DNA of 60,232 nucleotides, filler included, from Dugesia japonica (taxonomy: Eukaryota), in NCBI GenBank assembly GCA_001938525.1. It is 5 parts of 5 records of this genome, joined end to end, with 100 filler letters (N's around TTAATTAATTAA, not from the genome) between each part and the next. Parts side by side here need not be neighbours in the genome. Positions count along the whole stretch, not along the records: positions 1 to 19,628 come from MQRL01571794.1; 4 more parts are not named here. One strand, 5' to 3'. A program made the position numbers and the translations under genes. Each line of letters starts with the position of its first letter. Position 1 is the stretch's first letter. This document shows, one piece after another, positions 1-12,200 of the stretch. Below the pieces are notes generated by a model. The model saw nothing but the letters and a program-made list of their open reading frames with translations, did not search any database and had not been told where the DNA came from.

Positions 1-128
1 CTACGAACGATGAGTCATACTTATGACTCATTTTCCTTGTTCTAGGCTTCCATGAGTCATACCTATGACTCATCATCATAGCTCTAATTTTCTTCGTCGG
101 CGGGGGGGAGGGGTGATCCAGTGCGCCA

Positions 129-1846
129 CTATCTACCTACTAACATAAAAACAAATACTCTCCATTTTTCATTAAGCTTTACATTTAAATATACTTTTTC
201 TACAATTTTTAAAGAACTATTATTCGCACATTTGACATTTATATCAGAATCAATTATCGAAACATTCCTTATTCTTTTTAATAAGTCATATTTAATAACA
301 CTAATTTTAGCACCAGTATCAAGTAAACATGATGTAACAATATTATTAATTTTTAAATTTATCATAGGTCGACTATCTACGGTATTATAGTCTTCATAAA
401 TTTCTTTATCAAAATTTTTAATGATTAATAAATTATTATTATCGTCATAATTATCATTATTACTATAATTATTATTATTATTATTATTATCGTCATAATT
501 ATCATTATTACTATAATTATTATTATTATTATTTACAAAGTTATTTTTATTATCAACAATTATATCAAGCATAACATCAACACACAAAACTACATCATCG
601 CAAAAATTATTTTCAAGCAATTCAATATCATAAACACATTTACAATCATTATCAATCATACAATTATTGCTCAGATCAAATCTTACATTTTTTAATGAAT
701 CGCCCCGAAAACTTCCTCTCTTGTAAGGGCTTTGGCTTTTGGGAATTGCTTTATCATAGTTCTGTCATTATCTGAATGTTCATCGTATGCAGCAACGTTG
801 TATTGATGATAATCTATTTTCATATCTCATAGCATTGATGTTTAAAGTGTCCAGGTCTGTTACACTGGAAACATTTTACATTTGGACAATTAACTCTGAC
901 ATGTCTTTCTTCTTTACATACCTAACATCGTTTAGATCTTTGTGAAAAATTATTTTCCGTTCTCTTAAATCTTCTTCCATGGAAATGATTAATGGATGTA
1001 TTTGAATTAACATATCTTCTGGAATTCGAATATCGATTTCTGTTGTTTTCCACTAAATTATTCCTTTTAAATGTGACTGGGCGATTTGGCTGAAAATCCT
1101 TAAATTTAGCAGTTTTTTCATAATTCTTCTTTTCGATTTTAACTGTTACAACATTGACTTCTAGATTAAGCTCCTTCTTGATACTGTCCCTTTTTGAAAT
1201 AATGTCTTTCTTCATTTGTTCTTGATCCTCGAATTTTTATTTATTTTTTAACATCCATATCTTCAGCAGCATTTTTTAAAAGAAAACTGAGGAGATTTCT
1301 CTTTATCAAGTTATATGTGATTATATTCTCTCCAAGACGATCAATTCTTTTGAAAAATGAATTTATAGATTCATTTCCTTTTCGATAATTTAATGCAGAT
1401 AATAAATCTTTACCGATATTTGCTGGTTCTTCCAAAGCTTTCCTGCATCTTTGGGCATAATCATCAATTGAATCATTCACGGATTCATATTTTTTAACAG
1501 CATGTGAGGAAATAAATGCCTTGATAAATGTTCTTTGAAGAGGACCTTGAGTCATTGTCAGTTCATAAAATCTTGCTATCTCAATTAAAAGTTCTTCCAC
1601 ATCGTCTCCAATATCGAAGGTTTTTGGAGTGTGAATAAACGAATTGAGCATATGTCCTTGGGTGGTCGCCGTGTTAGAAGTCTGGTTCATTAACATAATA
1701 TTTATTAAATGACAATCTAAAAAGGAAGAATAAATATGTGTAATTATGATTTGAACAATCAAGATACTTTAATCAGCAAACAAACATTGACTTGTTATGC
1801 AAATACAAAATATTTGAACTCATAGTCAAATATTAATTATGCAACA
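129..1846 (-). mobile_element. Ty3/Gypsy LTR retrotransposon 5' part (probable LTR, PBS, gag with two CCHC knuckles, aspartic protease), degenerate
   Basis: Protease LLDTGAKISVI (129-659); knuckles CYVCKEERHVRVNC and CFQCNRPGHFKHQC (~830-925); gag 1241-1650; PBS-like (c)GGCGACCAC at ~1662-1671; TG...CA LTR candidate 1672-1846. Confidence 0.85.
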
Positions 1847-1989
1847 TACAGTTTTAATTATCATTTATATTAAATATAAAATATCCTCACAATGGATATA
1901 CTAGAAAATTATTTCAAGCATTGTTTAGTACAAATATAAATTTACTGATTAAATTATATTATAAGTTTCAAGTTTAATATTTCTATGTA

Positions 1990-2405
1990 GTCTGCTGTTT
2001 AAATTGTCACTGACAGCGAGGAAATATTCTGACATTATTATAGTAGAAATTTCGAGTAATCAGATGTATTATTATAAATCCTTAAATGATTCATTTTTTT
2101 CTGAAATGCTTTTCTCAATCTTTCTTCAAATTCAACAACGCTGATTCCAACTGCTTCATAAATTTCAATAAATTTCCAATTGATCATTTTTTGACTATTA
2201 ATATTTTTGAGTTTTCTTCGATATTTGCGTAGTTGACAAACGTCTTGCCATTCAAAATAAACGTATCCAAATCAATTCTTCCATTTTATAAATCTGTCAT
2301 AATTGTGTTTATTAGAGTATGTGTGGCCTCCAAGTTAAGCTAAAACACAAAATTACTTCCAATCTTTATTTTAATAACAATAATAAACTGCTTTTTTCTA
2401 ATATG
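1990..2405 (-). mobile_element. Gypsy fragment: LTR piece, PBS and gag N-terminus (second copy at 16625-17105)
   Basis: PBS TGGAGGCCACAC at ~2321-2332; gag FIEIYEAVGISVVEFEERLRKAF; ~300 bp similar to 16795-17100. Confidence 0.7.
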
Positions 2406-2785
2406 TTGGGGTCTTGAGTGATATGGCTCGTAGAAAATATATAACTCAATAACTTGCAAACGAGGATTTGGTGCAGCTGTCCTTTAGTTAACAACTGTCC
2501 TGCAACAATTACCCTCCGTTAAGAGTGCATGAGTGTACTATCTGCGTTTTAATCGGGTCCATTATAGATTAGTGATAGACGCCTTTATATTAGCTAAGCG
2601 AAATTAACCTCATGAATGACGCAAAATATAACACAAACGAGGAAGCCAGAACCTATAGTATCAATGATACACCTGTAAAGTTGCTATTTTAACAGGAGCA
2701 GGGAGATTCCAGAGCCCCCAGAAGGATATACTTCATGAGAGACAATGTTATTGTTGCGAAGAATATGGCTATCTAAATTGGTTTT
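2405..2785 (+). mobile_element. GC-richer retrotransposon gag remnant
   Basis: Degenerate zinc knuckle RQCYCCEEYGYLNW near 2740-2780. Confidence 0.4.
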
Positions 2786-3114
2786 CTGTTTGTATAATAT
2801 ATATTTGTATAGTATATATTTGTTTAATTTTTATTTGACATCACTATTTTATTTTCTAGTTGAGTTTGGTGTTTATTTACTCTTTTGAATTCAATTTATG
2901 TTTAATTTACTTAATTTTAAGGTTCCTTTGCTTTATTTATGGTTTTGCTAACGAATTCTGCACCAAAAACTATTTAATGATTTTATTATTTGTTAAAAAA
3001 TTGATATTTTTTAAAAATTTGGATTCTGATTTAATACGGCATATGATATTTTTTAGTTTTGATAAACTCTTTAGCATAACCGTTTAGTTTGTTTAAGATT
3101 TAACTAAAATTTAG

Positions 3115-3293
3115 GACGATTTTGTGACAGCTGTGACGTCAATTACTTTGGAAATCCAATAAGCAAAGATGGCTCGTGCAAACCTTGCAAATGTTCAGAA
3201 AACATTAACAAATTAATTCCAAACAGTTGTGATCATAAAACTGGAGAATGTACGAAATGCTTATATCATACTGTCGGATTCAACTGTGAAAAA
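3115..3293 (+). CDS. LAMB1: Laminin beta exon (LE repeats)
   Basis: ttag|GA CGA TTT TGT... translates to RFCDSCDVNYFGNPISKDGSCKPCKCSENINKLIPNSCDHKTGECTKCLYHTVGFNCEK|gtattat. Confidence 0.92.
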
Positions 3294-6200
3294 GTATTAT
3301 TACATAATTGTTATAAAGTATATTATGGCAATATTATCTGTGTATTATTTTTCTTCTTTAAATTCAAAATATTTGCTAATTATAATGTAAAATATGTTAG
3401 TTGAGTTTGGTAAACTCATCGTATCATCAATATCAAAATTTGAATTCATTACAACGCTTTATTAAAATAAAACCTAAACATCATTAATTCTTTAAACAAA
3501 CAAATTTAAAATGTCACATTTAAAAACGGAAAATACTAAATATTTAATTAAATATATTTTTATATTTTATTATATTTAAATGATATTTGGATTTAAAAAA
3601 AATACAATAAAATAGATATATTTTATTCTTATAAAATATATTTGATTTTTTTAAAAAATATATTAAAATAAACTTCTTTTATTTATTCAATTTTATATTT
3701 TAAAAATCCTTAAATTTTAGTATTTTTCTGTATAAATCATTTTCTTGATACAATTTTAAATATGCTTTTGATTTTAATAAATTCCGTTCTCAAAAAATAA
3801 AAAATTTAAATCTATCTTTCAAAAAACTATCTTATAATAATATATAAACGAAATTGTTCTCAGTTCAAAATTAGTTCCTTTTAAAATGTTTTTTTTCCTG
3901 CTCATGTAATTTATTTGAATTATTGCAGTTTTTTAATATACTCCAACCTTATTTTGCGTTTTTCTCGAATGTGCCTCTGATAAAAAGAATACCATTTTTT
4001 CAATTTGCAGCGACGTCTTAAAAATTTTCTCTCAAAATATAAATGTGATTATGAAATCCAAGTGAGAAAACAATTAATTCAATATAAGAAACTTAAAATT
4101 CTCATTAAATTTTAGAAAATTATATTAGAATTTTGAAATTGTTATTTGAATTATATTTGAGTCAGAGCTGTGACGAAACCTGTGGTGATCCGTAAACAAA
4201 AAGTAAATTGAGGCCCCAGATTTATAATATAAGATAATTGTGTAAATTTAATATTATTAGACCCAATGGTCTTGATTTGAGTATAATTATCTTCATAGTA
4301 ATTAAATATTAATCTAATTAGCACAATAAATAATATTAAAACCCCACAACTTTATGGGATTTTTTACTTACTAAAAAATACAACTAAAAATCGTTTGATA
4401 TGAACATTATTTCTTTAGCCTATATTCAAAAGTTTGAAATGAACACTTTGAACATTTTTCTAATGACGACTGTTCACGTGAACAATTCGGAGCATCTAAA
4501 TAAATTGTATAAAATTTCGCACAAGATTTCAATAAATAGCCGTTACACACTTGGAATAAATTGACTGTAAAAATGCTGGGCTATAAAAGATGCAATTTTA
4601 TATATTGAAACAAAATTATGAAAAAAAGACTTCTCAATAGCTTTATCACAGTCTGAATTTTACGAAAGGGCATTCATTATAAATCTTACGAATAGACTAC
4701 TTAGTACCTGCTCGCATAATACTCTCTTTTTTTGCATGGCCTTAACTATCGGCCTCTATTTACCCGATGGTATTACTAAATGATAACACCAATTGGTATT
4801 CGTCGATTTTTCAAAGAACAAAGTTTTTTTCACTAAAAGCATGAATATACGAGGTCCAAGGTAGTTGCCTCTTTCTCCTCATTCTTAACACTAAGCCTGA
4901 TCAACAAAGCAAAATCGAGACACATCTTCTTATTCAGCTGAAGAAAACTCACTAAAAAGGGAAATTTTAAATAAAGGTTGTACTCTAAAGACTCTAAAAT
5001 TTGTTATTAAAATCAATACGCAATAAAATTTCAGCAAAATGAAATGAATTTTTAAATATGTTTGATTTTAATTTAAATAAATCAAAAATTTAAACTACCC
5101 CGAAGAAGATTGTTGAAATTTTGGATAACTAACAAAGAAATAATAAAGAAAAACAACATTTTGATTGAAGCTTTTAATTTAGTGAAATCTCAAATGCGAC
5201 CAATGATTAATCTAACGATTATTCTCGCAATAATTATAATTACACAAAACATTTTAGACAAATAAATAAATATAATATAATAATAAATATGAAAAATAAT
5301 AAAACATTAACACAATAAATAATAAATAAACATAATATATACTAGGTTGATTAAAAAATTATTAAAGTTTTTATTCAATAATTTCAAAAGCAAAGAATTC
5401 ACAAATAATAGTCATTCCTCAAAGTATAATCCATGATTGTCAATCACTTGAAGCCATTGTCAAACAATTTTTCAATGCATGGCCTTAACTATCAGCCTCT
5501 ATTTGCCCGATGGTATTACTGAATGATAACACCAATTGGTATTCGTCGATTTTTCAAAGAACAAAGTTTTTTTCCCTAAAAGGCAAAGGACTCGGAAGTT
5601 ACAGTTTTCAACTTCTTCTCCCAAGTGATACGTCTTACGTGAAAGAAATGTGCTAAAGAAAGAAACCGGTGAAAATTAGATTGCGCAAAGTCAAGGCTAT
5701 ATGCAAGGTGGGGAATGATTTCAATCACTGGTAGTTCTTCTAGCTTCTGGTTGATCGTACTCAAAATATGGCGAACGTGAAACTTTATTTACTGTATTTC
5801 AAACAGATTTTATTGTAAAAAAATAATTTATTTTGATGAAAAAAAATATAATATTTTTTGTGAGTTCAAGAATTTTTTTAATTACATATTTCTTATTATC
5901 GTAAATTTTACATTTTAATGAATTTTGAAATATTTTCATTTGTTCAATTCGAATTCCGCATGTTGTTATTCAAATGTAAAATTGAATCATTTACAAATCA
6001 CCCAAATTACAATTTTTAACGAAATACATATGGTTTTTTTCACAAAATATTGGGTTTTTCTGCTGACTTAATGTTTATTGGGCATAAGGCAAACTATTTA
6101 TTGATGTCACATATAAACATTGATTATAATGAAATGAAATTCATTTTGATTTGTTCTATTGATTGATAGTGTATATTTTAATAATTTTCCAAATAATTAC

Positions 6201-9200
6201 AAATTTAACATCATAATTAGTCTTATCAATGAGTCTTATACAAACCAGTTTAATTTTGATTTTATTTACGTAACTTCTAGAAATGGTAAAGAAGTACATA
6301 GATTTTATTGAACGTTTAATGTTATAAAATGTAATAATGAATTAAAATTTCTAGAGTTTTCGTTTTAAATACTTTCCTGTTGATATAAATTTTTGTCATT
6401 CAATTTAAAAATAATGAAATTTTGAAAATAATTAAAATAATGAAGCTTATAGCAGTTTCTTGAACTATTTTCGGCCACATAAGTACGATTCGAAATTCCT
6501 TTTTAAATTAAGATGAATCTTTTAATAAAATTTGAGAAATTTTGCTTTTTATTAAATATCTAGGTTATGGTTTTCTCCCCAATTTTCTCNCNACAATTTA
6601 TTCGTCTCTATTTCCTTCAGAACTTTAATTTATAAATTTTTGAACTGTCAGGATTGATAATTATTCATTTTCTGTCATTTCTTTTGCTGAGTTGTTTTGT
6701 TCGGAACTTTATCTTATTTTTTTTGTCAATTGTATGGTAATTGTTTGTCTCGGTTTACGGGTTTTTGTGTTGGAAATTATTGCCTGATCATCGTTGGTAG
6801 CAGTTTGATCTTGAAAGTTGTTTTTCATTTCATTATTAACTAGTTCTTTGGGAAAGTAATTTAACTTTCTTAATATAATAATTTGTATTTGTTAATATAT
6901 TAATTCATATTTGTAAATATAAATATTAAGCCATAACCCTGTATTATTAAGATTAAAATATGTTTTTGCGTTCTTGTAGTATTTGTCTTAATTCGAGAAT
7001 TTCGACTGTTCATTTTGAATTTACGAAGTTTTGAATTTTCTAAGATTGACAAATTTTTTAACTCAGCAATAATTTAATAACTTTATTTTTGATTTTCGGA
7101 ATAATTAAAAATTGGTTCTTTTTTTAAATATTTTAATTTAAAATTTTTTGGAGATTTCACTTTAAAATTATTATAATTTAGTTTTATATTTAGCCTAACT
7201 TTAGCCTATAAATTAACTCATAATAAGAACAATTTGTAAATATTTATTATTCAAATTAAAATTTCAGTGTTCTTCGGGGTATTTCGGTAATGCCCTAAGT
7301 CGAACTTGCAAAAAATGTGTTTGCAATAATTTGGGAACGAATTTGAATTCAAATGGAATTTGTAATCATGAAACAGGAAAATGCCCTTGTCTTCCAAACG
7401 TTATTGGTCAGCAATGTGATCAATGTCAAGACAATTATTTTAATATATCTTCAAAAATTGGTTGTTTGTCGTGTCAATGTGATTATCCAATCGGTGCAGT
7501 TAATAAGTCATGCAATCAAGTACTATATTTTTATGTTTTATTTAATAAATTATTTAAGTTGACTGGACAATGTTACTGCCACTCTACAAGAAGCGGTTTG
7601 AAATGCGATAGTTGTGAAGATGGATATTGGGGTGACCCTAAAACAATACAAGGATGTCAAAGTAAATGATTTTTTTTATTTACTTACTCCATCCAATATA
7701 AAAATAAAAGAAATTTTAAAAACATTAAAAAACCAATAAAATTTGTATTTTTCATAAAATGTTTATCTATATTAAAATCAAATCCAAATAAAAAAGTGGA
7801 TTTAATAAATTTAGTTTTAATTTACATAAACATTTAATCTCGTATATAATTGAAAAATAAAAATTTTCTTGATTTTTTAATTTTTTCAAAAATAAAATTT
7901 TTTTGGGATGGAAAAAAAAACTTGAAAAAATTCTTCTTTTTACTTTTCTTACAATTATTAACTGTTTNNGTTTCAATGTGAAATTATCAGGTACCTCTTT
8001 TTCTACTTTTATCTTATCTTATTTTATTTTGTGTTATATATTGAATGCCATTTAATTGCTAACTTGAATTCCAGGAATAGAACTTTACTAACATTGTCGA
8101 AGATCATTCTTAGTCAAGCTACTGGATCTGTTTTTTTACAAAGGGTTGCTGTTTCCATTATTCGAGTAGTTGTTTTTTTATCTATCATGTTACTTGTTAG
8201 TTTTGTTTGTTTTCTTCATTTAAATCAACTAAAATAAGACTTTTTATTCAATACATTTTTTAAAATACAAATAATTCTTATTTGAAAATTTTCTTGCTTT
8301 TTTGAATGCTTCTATCAACACTTGCCTTTCTCAATTTATGTTTCCAAAATAATACTAAATTTAAACAAATTATTTTAAAACATTTTATTTAATTATTTAA
8401 ATTATATAAAAAAAAATTTATTTAAAAATAAAACAATTCAAATTTATTTAAAAATAAAACAATTCAAATTTATTTAAAAATAAAANNNNNNNNNNNNNNN
8501 NNNNNNNNNNNNNNNNNAAATTTATTTAAAAATAAAACAATTCAAATTTATTTAAAAATAAAACAATTCAAATTTATTTAAAAATAAAACAATTCAAATT
8601 TATTAACAATTTTCAAAATTTTCAATTAAATTTTATATCTAAATTATAGAAACCTCCAATTATAAATTTGAATTAAAAGTTTTACATTACGTATTTATAT
8701 CTAAAATTCATTTAATAAATTTTAAAAATTTAGACTACTAATTTCTAAATTAATATTTAAAATTTCAATTTCATAATTTGCAATTTAACATTTAAAAACA
8801 ATTAAAAATTTACACTTTTTAAAAATACCTAATACTACTAAATAGGAATTACAGAAAAAAATAATTTCTTAACATTTTGTCTTTTTTTATCAATTTCATT
8901 TCAGCTTCGTTTTTCGATTTACTTGTATTTAATTATCCGGTATTTTTGGAGGATTTTTTTGAAAAAATACGCATATATTTAATGTCTTTAATCAAAAACA
9001 CCTTATATTTAATAATTGGATATCTTAATTTACATTAAACTTTTATTAACTCAGTGTGCAATTGCAATTCGGAAGGATCCCAGTATAAACAATGCAACAG
9101 AAACACTGGAGCATGTCGATGTAAACCGGGGATCACTGGACGTAATTGCAGTGAATGTATGAAAGGAACAGATGGGAAAATGCCTCATTGCAGTTCATGT

Positions 9201-12200
9201 GGGGACTGTTGGTTCCAATGGGATCGTATCATTGAAACTAATGAAAGTAGTTTATTTGTTTATTTATTTATCATAAAATAAAAATAAAAAGGAATTTTAC
9301 ACTGTAAAATTCTTTTTACAAAATGAAAATTAATTACATTCTTAAGTTTTTGATTTACGAGAAGAATATATATATTTTAAATTAATTAATTAGCAATTAT
9401 ATTTTTAAATAATTAAAATTTTAAAATATATAAAAATTNNNNNNNNNNNNNNNNNNNNNNNNNNNNNNNNNNNNNNNNNNNNNNTCTTCTGCATGAATAT
9501 AAATAACTGCGCTTAAAAATATCGATAAGTTAATGTTTTAATGTCTTGAATATAGTAATGAAAGATTTGTTGAAATTGCAAGTTTCATAAGCATTTTTAG
9601 AATTTATTAGGTCGTCACAAATGAAATGTTCCATTTGTTTATTTAATTAAAATATGAGCCCTGTTTTTCTATGAACTATGCTCAATGTTCTCCTAAGGCA
9701 TATATTGCATCTTCAAAGAATTTGTCATCTTTTATACAGAAAAACTGTTTGATAGCTTCAGTTTCCTATTTTTTATTTAAGAATTTTTTCGGGCGTATAA
9801 AAAGTTTGAAATGTTTAAATACGTAGAAAATATATAAGAAGGATATGCGGGATGTTGAAAAATTTCATAATTCAAACTTTGCAACTTGTGGACCGTAGCT
9901 GGAGAAAAGTAAGGCCTTACATTATCGTGAAGCAAAATTGGGCTATCTCTATTTCCTAGTCTTGGTAGCTTTTTACAAGTTTTCTTGCATACGATCCATT
10001 TCTTGACAATAGGATGTTGCTGTTACAGTTTTTTCTTATTGCGAAAATAAATAATGAATAACCCGTTTCGTAGACCACCACACAGTGATGATCAACATTT
10101 CAGGTTGCAATAATGGTTTGAGCAGTGTTTCACATTAGTATCAATAAATTGGTTTTATGTGGAAAACAATAGTTAATAATCATATAACATATGGGTTTGA
10201 GTATGCATGTTTAGAAATGTAATGTTTTGTTAGATTGATATGTTTGTGACTGAAAATGTACTCATTGCGAAATCACTGAAGATTTACCCAAAATCAAATA
10301 GAAGAATTGTGTCATAAAATATAATTTTTCCATCATTATTCTGTCTTCTAACATGGCGACCACTATTTTGACCCATGAATAAATACAGATCCTTTCTCAA
10401 CGAAAGATTTATGAAATTAGAGAATTAATTAATTATTTAAGTTGTTGAGTAAATTACAAGAGATTTCTATTGTTTTAAAATTTCATTCACCTTTAAAAGT
10501 AAAGAACTTCAGATTCAGTAAAATCGTTTGAATACTACATAGTACGTGCATAACTTAATAGATGGTGAACATGATATTTATGTAAGTATAATTTATGTAA
10601 ATAATTTCATAGTACTCGTGTAGCAAAATAGGAAATGTTAAAAGAAACTTTTACATTAATTTCATTTATTAAATACAAAAATGAATAAAGAAGTTTGAAC
10701 TGTCTTTAATGATGATTTTCAAAAAATAAGAAATTAAAAATATTAAAAAGAAAAACTCCAATTTTTTCAGATTAATATTAAGAAATCGCTGTTCATTCTA
10801 CCCAAGGTCGAAAGACACCAAATATAGTACTAAATGTTCGTTATGCCTTGAACATATAGAATCCAATGTAACAACTTGTTCGAACTGTAATGTATAATTA
10901 TTTGTAGCCATTAATTTACTTTCTATTACATTTTGGTTTTCCTTTCATAAATATAATTTTTAGTACATGAAAATTTTGAAAATAAAGCTTTAAAGTCCCC
11001 GAGTATAATTTTTAATCATTTCTTTCGATTGAGAAACCTTAGTAACATGTTTAAAACCAAAAAACGATTGGGGTCAAATATGACCACATTTTAGTACCCC
11101 GTGTATCACGAGGGGTTTTAGGTAGAGGAAGGTTAAAAGATAAATATTTATTTTAATATTTGATGCTTTCTTCTTGTATTGCTTATCTTTAAAATGAATT
11201 ATTCTAACTTTAACTTTGTTAAATCATAAGAATTTCTTCTTGCCTTTATTTCGCTCCTTCTTAAGATTTATTTTAAATTGTTCTATTTCTCGGTTATTTC
11301 TTTTTTGTTTGCTTTACTGTCTTTTTATTCGACACCTTTCCTATCGTTATTATCTCTTACTCTATCTACTCCTTATCGGTTCCTAAAAGCAAACAAAAAC
11401 ATCAAAGCAAACAAAAACAAACAATCTAAAGAAGATAATAAAGAAAAAATATCTCAAATCACGGATCTATCAATAAAAGTAAAGCTTTACAAGAAAAAAA
11501 AACTTTCAGATTAATATTAGTTAAATTAATATTTTCAAAATTGTGCAGCGAAGAAATTCATTTATTACAATAAGTTTAGGTTAAATGTCAAACCAATTAT
11601 AAAAATAAGATTTATTTATAATAATCAAACAAATAATTTATGCCCTAAAATAATTCAAAAATAAAATTTAAAATAAAAATCTTTTTGAAAATATTAATTT
11701 TTTTAATTGAAAACTTATAAAAAAAATATTATTTTTTACTTCAAAATTTAAAAATACATTTTACTATAAAACAATTTTGTAAATCGTTTAAATTATAAAA
11801 ATTTACAAACTTAAGTAGTTTATAATTCTTAAGAATTTATAAATTTATAAAAATTTTAAACAAACTATTTAAATTAAATTGAAAATTTTTCTAAGGCATA
11901 AAATATTTGTTACATGATCAAAGTAAAATATCAGTATGAGTCAGTTGTTAACGTTCACTTGACTATTGCGAACCAAAACCAATAATTTCACTTGTCACCA
12001 CGTGACTCCAGAAAATTTATCAATGTTTGGGTTCATTTAATGTCAATGTCATTGTTAATTCTTAAAAATTTATTTATTTTACCATTTTTAGTTTTGAATT
12101 TTAAACTAAAATTTACATCGCCAATTGCAGGGGGCAAAATTACTTCATTTGGTTGTTTAATAACAACTATCGTTATTGTTATTGGTAAATCTTTTTCGAA

